Positions 57,403 through 64,000 of a stretch of 64,000 bases of DNA are shown in pieces. The stretch is from Candidatus Saccharimonadota bacterium (GTDB lineage Bacteria > Patescibacteriota > Saccharimonadia > Saccharimonadales > UBA10212), in assembly GCA_016176605.1 (NCBI GenBank), contig JACOWW010000005.1, positions 127 to 64,126 of the forward strand. Reading direction: 5' to 3'. How positions within the stretch are numbered: position 1 is the stretch's first letter; the number at the start of each line of letters is the position of its first letter. The translations under genes were made by a program, and so were the position numbers. The notes under the pieces are model-generated. The model did no database searches, had not been told where the DNA came from, and saw only the letters and a list, made by a program, of their open reading frames with translations.

Positions 57403-57948
57403 CTACGATGCATGTCCTTCGCCAAGATCTAGCAACAGCTTTTCAAGATGGTCCCTTTCAATATTCCGACAATCGATATCCCGTTCGTACGCGATAATGT
57501 ACCCTTGCAACAGGCACTGAAGTTTTATGGCGTGGCTGCGCCACAAAAAATGTATGGATTGCGGGTTGGTGAAAAAATAGCGCGAAACCAGCTTAATTTG
57601 CCCAAAAAATGGGCCGGTATCTACTTCGACGCTTAAAATATCGCGGACGGGAACGCTAATTGTCCTGCCAACGAAGAAAAAGAGATGCTCGGCAATAGTC
57701 AGCTTTTCCCTGTCTATAACAACCGTGTCTGGAAAAAGGTCAAATGGAAAGACAGTTTTTGCCTTGAACATTATTTCATGAGAACGCAAAGTTACTTTAT
57801 TTAACTCTCTTTCAGAAGGATCAACTCCTTCTGCTTCCGGTTGCGCGGGCCTTATTTTTTTGAGTTTTCTTATAGCTTTTTTAATCGCCACCAAAATATC
57901 TATCGGAGAACGGCGGGTATCTTTCCAAGTATCCGTATTGTTTACCAT
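57403..57948 (-). CDS. Hypothetical protein with a bacterial PH-like (DUF304-type) core
   Basis: It has 'FPDTVVIDREKLTIAEHLFFFVGRTISVPVRDILSVEV' and a GGAGGGAG SD. Confidence 0.5.
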   Translation of the reverse strand: MVNNTDTWKDTRRSPIDILVAIKKAIRKLKKIRPAQPEAEGVDPSERELNKVTLRSHEIMFKAKTVFPFDLFPDTVVIDREKLTIAEHLFFFVGRTISVPVRDILSVEVDTGPFFGQIKLVSRYFFTNPQSIHFLWRSHAIKLQCLLQGYIIAYERDIDCRNIERDHLEKLLLDLGEGHAS

Positions 57949-58074
57949 ATGGTTCTCCCTCCGTGCATTATTTTGGCTTGAAGGTGGCAGAAATTCAGTG
58001 ATAATAATTACAGTTAACAGATTGTACTTGGGAAAGGCGCTTGGCGGGTGACCTTTAACGTATAATTATCATCA

Positions 58075-58665
58075 ATGCATAATCTGCTCGATCCTGGCCA
58101 CTTGGTTAAGGATTTTGGCTATTTAGGGATATTCACCGCCCTGTTTTTGGAGTCCGGCGTCTTTTTTGGCTTTTTTCTACCCGGCGACAGTTTGCTTTTT
58201 ACGGCCGGCCTGCTGGCCTCCCAGGGGTATTTAAATATCGTCGGGCTGATAATTATCAGTGTGGCGGCCGCCGTTTTGGGTAATAACGTCGGTTATTATA
58301 CGGGCCAAAAGACTGGCCCGGCACTGTTCAACCGCAAAAAATCCTTTTTTTTCTCACCAAAACGCGTCGAGGAAGCCCACAAATTTTTTGAAAAGCAGGG
58401 CCCGCAATCGCTAATTTTAGCCCGTTTTATCCCGGCGGTACGGACTTTTGTACCAATCGCCGCCGGCATCGGCAAGATGGATTACCGCAAGTTTCTGCTT
58501 TTCAATGGCCTGGGCGGCTTGCTGTGGGGCATCGGCGTCCCAATATTGGGCTACACTCTTGGCAAAAAAGTTCCCAATATCGATAAGTACCTATTGCCGG
58601 TAGTCCTGGTCATAGTTATTTTATCGGCTCTGCCAGTCCTGTTCGCCTATCTGCGACGCGCCTAA
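58075..58665 (+). CDS. DedA family membrane protein (second copy)
   Basis: It has 'LFLESGVFFGFFLPGDSLLFTAG' and 'RFIPAVRTFVPIAAG'. TATAAT lies 8 nt before the ATG. Confidence 0.88.
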   Translation: MHNLLDPGHLVKDFGYLGIFTALFLESGVFFGFFLPGDSLLFTAGLLASQGYLNIVGLIIISVAAAVLGNNVGYYTGQKTGPALFNRKKSFFFSPKRVEEAHKFFEKQGPQSLILARFIPAVRTFVPIAAGIGKMDYRKFLLFNGLGGLLWGIGVPILGYTLGKKVPNIDKYLLPVVLVIVILSALPVLFAYLRRA

Positions 58666-59324
58666 TTTATAAACTTTAAAATATCGAACAGGTCTTTGGA
58701 TTCAACATGGTGAGTAACCACTTCCACCAGCTTCTCCGACTTGCTGTTAAAAGCAATTGAGGTACCGGCCGTCAAAGCTGCCTGGACATCGTTTTCATTG
58801 TTGCCTACAAATACGCAGTTCTTTATATCTACTCCATATTTTTGGGCCATATCTTTAATACACTCAGCCTTATGTTCCATGTCGTATTCCGTAGCTGTAG
58901 CCCCTGTTAATTTGCCGCTTTCATCAAATTGGAAGCGGTTAATAAATACTGCCTCGAATAGTTTTTTGGCCTCATCGCCATAGACTGCTTCGACTACCAA
59001 ATCAATGCCGTCAGACACAACGAATATTTTGTAACCGCGCTCCTGAAGCGCCCGGATTGTAGCAATAGCGCCTTGCATGGGATGCAGAGTCATAATGGCG
59101 TCTAATATTCCACGTCTGGTTGCCCCCGCATCCTGAAGCAGTTTGACATCATTTTGCACCCAATCGGAGTAGCTAACTTCTTTGGCAATATATTGCCTAA
59201 GAACTTCTCTGGTTTTAGCTTTATCTACGCCAAAATATTCCCAAAGGTGTTGGTAAATATATTCCATGCCATCTACAAGCGTGCCGTCGAGATCGAAAAA
59301 TACGAGTTTTGTTTGGTTGTTCAT
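58662..59324 (-). CDS. HAD-superfamily phosphatase (phosphoserine-phosphatase-like)
   Basis: It has 'LVFFDLDGTLVDG' near the N-terminus once the start is set at ATG 59324, and 'GNNENDVQA' as motif IV. Confidence 0.82.
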   Translation of the reverse strand: MNNQTKLVFFDLDGTLVDGMEYIYQHLWEYFGVDKAKTREVLRQYIAKEVSYSDWVQNDVKLLQDAGATRRGILDAIMTLHPMQGAIATIRALQERGYKIFVVSDGIDLVVEAVYGDEAKKLFEAVFINRFQFDESGKLTGATATEYDMEHKAECIKDMAQKYGVDIKNCVFVGNNENDVQAALTAGTSIAFNSKSEKLVEVVTHHVESKDLFDILKFIN

Positions 59325-59508
59325 AGTTTTATGATACCAGAAACAAAAAAGCCTAAAAATCTGACTCACTAAACAATATTCTTCCCGTTTGCAAGAACCG
59401 TCCTTGCAACAACAGATAACTTTTACCTTTCAGCTTGCAGTTCCAGATGGTTTTGAGATAAAAAGGCGACTATCCCTTCATAGCAAGTAATCAGAGTATA
59501 GTTAAGTT

Positions 59509-59700
59509 ATGATTACTGATGTTGAGAGACGCGAAGACGGTAAATTCGTACTGACAGTTAACGTAACTGGACAGATTAAAGCTGTTCAAAAAGGCGACAT
59601 TTTTAAATTTGAAGGCAGAAAGTATCAGGTCGAATCTGCTGAATCTATTTATGACGGAACACTAAAGTTTATTGCTGTAGCTTTTGCAGTTGGCAAGTAA
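59509..59700 (+). CDS. Hypothetical 63-aa protein
   Basis: TATAGT lies 6 nt before the ATG (leaderless geometry). The sequence is beta-rich with no motif. Confidence 0.4.
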   Translation: MITDVERREDGKFVLTVNVTGQIKAVQKGDIFKFEGRKYQVESAESIYDGTLKFIAVAFAVGK

Positions 59701-59721
59701 TTAGCAAGTAAACAGTAGAAC

Positions 59722-59901
59722 CTAACTTTTCATTCTGTCGGATAGCTTGCCCAGAAGCTCAGCAACCACTCCGACAGCTAAACCTATGAGCAAGGCATAT
59801 ATAACGGTCTTCCAATAATTGTCGGTAAAAAAACCGTAAATCAGACCAACTAAAAGTCCTAGCGATGCACCGCCACCAATTGCAGTTCTTTTGTCCTCCA
59901 T
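59722..59901 (-). CDS. 59-aa Gly-zipper-like membrane peptide
   Basis: This ORF is below the track cutoff. An AAAGGAGG SD lies 5 nt before the ATG. The sequence begins 'MEDKRTAIGGGASLGLLVGLIYGFF...'. Confidence 0.5.
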   Translation of the reverse strand: MEDKRTAIGGGASLGLLVGLIYGFFTDNYWKTVIYALLIGLAVGVVAELLGKLSDRMKS

Positions 59902-60068
59902 AAGCCTCCTTTGTTTATTTATTGTAGCGCACTATTGCAACAGAGTAACCACTGAAGGTAATATGTAACTAGAAGAACACGTCTGCACGACGTGTTTTTT
60001 TGTACCCAAAATTAGAAGTGTTAACAGACTATTTTACCGTTAGCAGTTTTGTGCTGCAATTAGATGAT

Positions 60069-60141
60069 GCCTGAGTAGCTCAGTGGATAGAGCAGTTGCA
60101 CGCTAAGCTTCAGGTCACGGGTTCAAATCCCGTCTCAGGTT
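60069..60141 (+). tRNA. tRNA-like gene with a degenerate anticodon arm (possible pseudo-tRNA; no CCA)
   Basis: It has a canonical acceptor (G1-U72), D arm (AGTGGATA loop) and T arm (ACGGG-TTCAAAT-CCCGT). The anticodon stem GTTGC/GCTTC has two U-U mismatches, and the loop ACGCTAA lacks U33. Confidence 0.5.
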
Positions 60142-60156
60142 TCAGTTCATACAATT

Positions 60157-60188
60157 TAAAAAAGTAGAGAGCCTCCGAAAAGGCTCTC
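60157..60188 (-). terminator. Rho-independent terminator of the minus-strand two-gene cassette
   Basis: On the minus strand the hairpin is GAGAGCCT-TTTCGG-AGGCTCTC, followed by TACTTTTTTA. Confidence 0.7.
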
Positions 60189-60320
60189 AGTTGCACGCTG
60201 TCTATATTCTAGCACAGCGCCAGCTTGAAGTCCTCTACAACCGCCAAGAGGTCGGTTTACTTTGTCAAAAAATAACTCACAAAAATACAACTTTAATTAG
60301 TCGTTTGAATAGTTTTTTAC

Positions 60321-60701
60321 TCATAGTAATTGTGGTATCTTTTCTGTATCGCTTGATTCTAGTATATGCCCTTCATGAACAACATTCCCGTTAATAGGTG
60401 TTGGTTCTTGGAACGAGTAGCCCTTTTTATATTTCATTAAGTTCTGAACTAAATGATTATCTAATGGAAATACACCTACTCTCGCAATTTCTTGTAGTTC
60501 TGCTTTACTCAAATACTTAATAAGAAGGTCGACTAAATGTCTGAACATTGCATTTCTCTTTTTTGCGTCCTGTAAATCTGACGCACTATAAACAACTGAC
60601 CAACGGTCTGTTACGTCGTCCATTTTAAGAATAGCCAAGAGGGACACAGGCTTATTAGCCTTCTTCAGCTCTTTTAAGATTGTTTTTATTTTTTCTACCA
60701 T
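60321..60701 (-). CDS. Hypothetical 126-aa protein, partner of the HEPN-like gene
   Basis: It overlaps the upstream gene by 7 nt. It is AT-rich and matches no motif I recognise. Confidence 0.55.
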   Translation of the reverse strand: MVEKIKTILKELKKANKPVSLLAILKMDDVTDRWSVVYSASDLQDAKKRNAMFRHLVDLLIKYLSKAELQEIARVGVFPLDNHLVQNLMKYKKGYSFQEPTPINGNVVHEGHILESSDTEKIPQLL

Positions 60702-61144
60702 CGTCTATTCCTTTTGATGGTTTCGATAATACTATCACTATCATCATACAGGGTTTTAGCCAATTCCTTAACAGTCATCTCATCGAATTTAGCCGACACG
60801 TCCTCATACCGCATAATCGTCCAAGCTCCAGGATAGTTAATAGTGAAAGCCGACCAGTTATTATACGCTGGCGATAAACTAACGCTACCAAATAAATCAC
60901 TAAGTCCACTCACTGCAAGCAATTGTTCAAATTCATGCGTTTTGAAGCCTAATACTTCACCTCGACTTTTTAGTGGAGGGTAAGTTGCGAGTCTCAATGC
61001 TTTGCACGAAGCCGCTTTCAATGCACATTCAAGGACATACCCCATTAAATAGGCGGCGACCTCCCATTCCTCTTCTTTAATTAAGCGTTTTATGGTCCTA
61101 ATTTTCTTATAGGTTAAAGCTCTTAGCTCAGTCCCAGTATGCAT
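60695..61144 (-). CDS. HEPN-like domain protein
   Basis: The 'AAYLMGYVLECALKAASCKAL...GFKTHEFEQLL' pattern resembles PF05168-type HEPN helices. The start was set at ATG 61144, 7 nt after TATACT; the listed TTG at 61177 is an alternative. Confidence 0.45.
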   Translation of the reverse strand: MHTGTELRALTYKKIRTIKRLIKEEEWEVAAYLMGYVLECALKAASCKALRLATYPPLKSRGEVLGFKTHEFEQLLAVSGLSDLFGSVSLSPAYNNWSAFTINYPGAWTIMRYEDVSAKFDEMTVKELAKTLYDDSDSIIETIKRNRRW

Positions 61145-61218
61145 TAACCAAAGTATATCATCCGTAACATCTCCCAATAATTGCTTGAGGCTACTTGCTG
61201 TCAGGGGGTAGTTGTCAG

Positions 61219-61990
61219 CTAAAGTTCTTGCTTATGTTTTAGGTAAGTGTTATAATGTTCAACGTACCTTGAGTTTATGAATTCATTCCCTCTTTGGGGC
61301 TTACCAATTTTGTGAAAACACGCAGTGCAGGTTTTTGCAAAATTGAGAGGAGTAGCCACAGCGCTAAGCCGAAGCTTTTGTCGATCCGGCAAAACAAGGC
61401 AAGCTCGTAGGCTTCGACGAGGGGCTGATTTCAGCTTGACGGTGTACTTTACCAACTAGTTTGCAGGTCGGAATGCACTGAACGTTATCCGGTGCAAACC
61501 AAACAAATGCAATAGCATTTATTTCAGGAGGCGGTTTACTAGCTGCTTTCCGAAAGCGATTTTCAAATCCTTTCAAGGCTTTGGCTTTCGCACCAGCTTA
61601 CGTCTAAAACACGTTTAGCCGCGCATACATCGACACCAGATAGAAGTTAATGCGTGTCATATCATCTGGTTGCTCGAGACTTACTTTCCATAAGTCTCGT
61701 TAAGACTTCGGAATAGGAAACGCCACTTTTTGACCATTTACCGGTAGCATTTCCAAATAAGGGCCTGCCATGCAAGATTACTCAATCTGTGAACAATCCT
61801 TGACGCAATCAAGCAATTTTTTGCTTCTCACCGTATCGTTCAGATACGCTTTGTCGTAAGAAAATTACTTGCTTATCGCCAAATTATTGCTCTCAAACCT
61901 TGAGTACCTTACATGGCAGACCCTATCAAATGGCCTAAACCTGTAGAAGACTAGCTAGATAAAACATCGGACCCGGTTGCAATCACCGGC
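61219..61990 (-). pseudogene. Probable decayed gene, with protein-like fragments in several frames
   Basis: Minus-strand fragments such as 'ILHGRPLFGNATGKWSKSGVSYSEVLTRL', 'DDMTRINFYLVSMYARLNVF' and 'KGFENRFRKAASKPPPEINAIAFVWFAPDN' are separated by stops or frameshifts. The identity is unknown. Confidence 0.25.
61228..61256 (+). promoter_or_regulatory. Near-consensus extended -10 promoter TTGCTT-17-(TGT)TATAAT facing an ORF-poor region
   Basis: The -35 box is at 61228-61233, TG at 61248-61249 and the -10 box at 61251-61256. Confidence 0.5.
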
Positions 61991-62005
61991 AGCTCCACCA
62001 AAAAC

Positions 62006-62030
62006 GCCTGACGATTTGTCGGGCTTTTTT
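62006..62030. terminator. Bidirectional Rho-independent terminator
   Basis: The hairpin GCCTGAC-GATTT-GTCGGGC is followed by TTTTTT on the plus strand and flanked by an A-run on the other side. Confidence 0.7.
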
Positions 62031-62034
62031 GTTT

Positions 62035-62469
62035 TTAGAGGGCTTTTAGGAGGTGGGAGACGGCGCGGTCAAAGGCTTTGACTTCGCGATCATCGAGCAG
62101 TTTTAGTAACTCTTTATGCTGGGCTGACAGGATTTTTTCGGCTTTAGCGAAAGCTTTGCCGCCCTTGGCGGTTAGGGCAGTTTCGCGCAGGCGTTTATCT
62201 TTTCTGTTACGGGTAATACTAACCAAGCCTTTCTTTTTGAGCAGCTGCAGCTGGCGGCTGACGTTGGCTTCTGTCTGGTAAAGTTTTTGAGCAATGGCGC
62301 GCTGGCTCAGAGGTACGGAGCGGTGCAGGGCCTGCAAAATTTGTACCTGGCCAAAGCCTACCCTAAGGGAATTACGTAAAAGCGTATCTGATTTATGTTG
62401 TAAAATAAACTCCAAGCGGTGCAGGGAAGTGAGAGGAGAATATGGTCCGCGTTTTTTTATAGCATTCAT
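62035..62469 (-). CDS. MarR-family transcriptional regulator
   Basis: It has the wHTH 'LSQRAIAQKLYQTEANVSRQLQLLKKKGLVSI...DKRLRETALTAKG'. The start was set at ATG 62469, 6 nt after TACACT. The listed start at 62505 lies inside the operator palindrome. Confidence 0.88.
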   Translation of the reverse strand: MNAIKKRGPYSPLTSLHRLEFILQHKSDTLLRNSLRVGFGQVQILQALHRSVPLSQRAIAQKLYQTEANVSRQLQLLKKKGLVSITRNRKDKRLRETALTAKGGKAFAKAEKILSAQHKELLKLLDDREVKAFDRAVSHLLKAL

Positions 62470-62486
62470 AGCATAAGTGTAAACCA

Positions 62487-62512
62487 AAAATACTTGACTA
62501 GTCAAGTATTTT
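62487..62512. promoter_or_regulatory. 26-bp perfect palindrome containing TTGACT in both orientations; candidate MarR operator and -35 box
   Basis: The palindrome is AAAATACTTGACT|AGTCAAGTATTTT. The minus-strand TTGACT lies 18 nt upstream of TACACT. Confidence 0.6.
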
Positions 62513-62894
62513 CAAATAGAGCAGGGGGTCGCTCGCACATTATCCAAAACAGGGCGCTACACGCAGGTCCGCCTAGGGCGGATCCGGTTGCACTCAGCAA
62601 ACCAACCCTGTTTTAGGTAATGTGCTCGCTCTACACCAACTCCGACAGTTTATACCATTGCTCGAGGGAGAGTTCTTGGGCGCGAGCATCTGGATCAATA
62701 CTGGTCTTTTTTAGCAATTTGTCGGCAAAAGTACTTAAGTTTAAGCTCGAGGATTTTTCGTAATGGACCATGGAGAGTTTTTAATAACTGCTTGACTCCT
62801 TCCTGTTTCTTGCCAATACTTGGATGTAAGGACTTTAGGGTGGGCTAGTGTCCGCCAGTTATCATGTTATGGTTGGGGGTTGATAGGAAATATT

Positions 62895-64000
62895 ATGTTT
62901 ATAAAGCTTCTAAATAGACTAACGCGTTTCTCGGGAAGACATATGGTGGCCTTGGTTTTATTGTTTCTAGCTGTTGGCATGTACGGCGACAGCGCCCGGG
63001 CGTTGATTGTTACCAAAACCCTTGGCAATACTACTGTCGGTACCCAGTTGGCTGCCTTTGCCAAAGACGTCAAGTGGGGCAATAAGCGTGTTCTTAGCGA
63101 CGTCGCTGAGGTTTCTAAGCTGACGCTGGATTCTGTAGGCGGCAGCTCGACGGCTCACGTTAAGGGCATGATCTACGACGCTGATGGCTCTGGTATGCCC
63201 GGCGCGTTGGTGGCTACAACTGATGAACTGACATTGGCTGCCGGGGCAACCAGAAGCTGGCGTGACCTGACTTTTGCTACACCGCCAACTCTCCAGCCTG
63301 GTACTTATTTCCTGATTATGATCACCGACTCCAACAGTGGGCAGCACGGTTTTAACCCGGTTTCCGGTGTCAAGGAGTACTACAATACCGACAGTTATGT
63401 TGATGGGCCAGCCAATCCCTTTGGCTCGGCCACTATTTCCGGAGGTAATTACGATGATTCCTTTTACATGACTTATACGACATCAGTATCGGACCCTCCG
63501 CATAATTTTGCAACCGGCAGCATCCCGGCTCCAAAATACGGTGTCTATGAGGTTGTTCTGACTGGCGATGGCTCAGTCAGTAACCCTTTTGACACTGTGG
63601 CCACAGTGACCTTCATCCCTCCATCGGGTTCGGGCAGTGCCAAGACCATTGAGGCTTTTTATGATGGCGGCAATACCTGGAAGGCCCGGGTCTATGCCTC
63701 CGAAGTCGGTGACTGGACGTGGTCGTCAGCTTCGGCAGCCGACCCTGGACTCGACGGTCAGAATGGCAGTTTCAGCACGACAAGCTCTGAGCTGCGCGGT
63801 ATGCTGCGTAAACATAGTACCAACTCCAAACAGTGGATGACCGACAACGGCCAGACTTTCCTAGGTATCGGTGACACGGCTTACTATCTATTTGCCAGAA
63901 CCAATAAAGACGGCACGACAATTTCCGAGCCAACCTTCCAAAAATATGTCCAGGATGACGTAGCCTTAAACATCAACAGCATCTTTGCCGACCTTAACGG
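62895..64000 (+). CDS. Secreted protein, DUF5060/DUF4038 (glycoside-hydrolase-like) type; 3' end runs off the window
   Basis: An open frame runs from ATG 62895 to the window edge; it is not in the ORF track because it is incomplete. It has the signal-like 'VALVLLFLAVGMYGDSARA'. The segments 'YGVYEVVLTGDG...FYDGGNTWKARVYASEVGDWTW' and 'FLGIGDTAYYLF' resemble those domains. Confidence 0.55.
   Translation, partial: MFIKLLNRLTRFSGRHMVALVLLFLAVGMYGDSARALIVTKTLGNTTVGTQLAAFAKDVKWGNKRVLSDVAEVSKLTLDSVGGSSTAHVKGMIYDADGSGMPGALVATTDELTLAAGATRSWRDLTFATPPTLQPGTYFLIMITDSNSGQHGFNPVSGVKEYYNTDSYVDGPANPFGSATISGGNYDDSFYMTYTTSVSDPPHNFATGSIPAPKYGVYEVVLTGDGSVSNPFDTVATVTFIPPSGSGSAKTIEAFYDGGNTWKARVYASEVGDWTWSSASAADPGLDGQNGSFSTTSSELRGMLRKHSTNSKQWMTDNGQTFLGIGDTAYYLFARTNKDGTTISEPTFQKYVQDDVALNINSIFADLN

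Noticed and set aside
61219-61576. Track ORFs 61219-61455 and 61364-61576 considered as real genes.
   Set aside because: They overlap each other in different frames. They lack start signals and continue as protein-like fragments beyond stops, which is more consistent with a decayed gene than with two small genes.

Overview
This 64-kb chromosomal window comes from a compact, small-genome bacterium. Gene content and style suggest a Patescibacteria/CPR-like, possibly Saccharibacteria-like, organism: mostly minus-strand housekeeping operons, shortened versions of conserved enzymes, type IV pilin-like genes, and the standard code with TGA stops. That assignment is inference only. About 65 protein genes can be supported. 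They cover DNA repair and replication (ligA, uvrA, uvrC, sbcB, rdgB, ruvX) and translation or RNA functions (alaS, metG, mnmA, cca, rtcB, rplY, obg). Envelope and division genes include an S11 carboxypeptidase, mltG, a LysM-CHAP hydrolase, ftsA, secG, two DedA genes and two pilin-like genes. Also present are a divergent F-type ATPase operon, a VKOR/cupredoxin-like/membrane-protein trio, a trehalase, Nudix and HAD hydrolases, and three small wHTH regulators with palindromic operators. There are nine tRNA genes, one tRNA-like gene with a degenerate anticodon arm, and orphan tRNA fragments. I saw no rRNA, CRISPR array, transposase or integrase. The most unusual content is non-coding or structural: (1) a ~74-nt hairpin element in four copies with compensatory arm changes, always on the transcribed strand; (2) degenerate heptanucleotide (period-7) tandem tracts filling many intergenic spacers and also lying inside the mnmA and ruvX coding sequences; (3) a 21-nt hairpin motif inserted in frame in uvrA (as an inverted pair, 75 nt) and in ligA; (4) a recurring '-10 hexamer, N6-8, start codon' geometry that implies many leaderless mRNAs; (5) an F1-type ATPase operon with no a subunit, whose c position holds a signal-peptide protein ending in a carboxylate-less c-like hairpin; (6) a small AT-rich islet next to the tRNA-like gene carrying a HEPN-like two-gene cassette and a decayed gene. 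All functional calls rest on motif recognition by eye. No database search was run.
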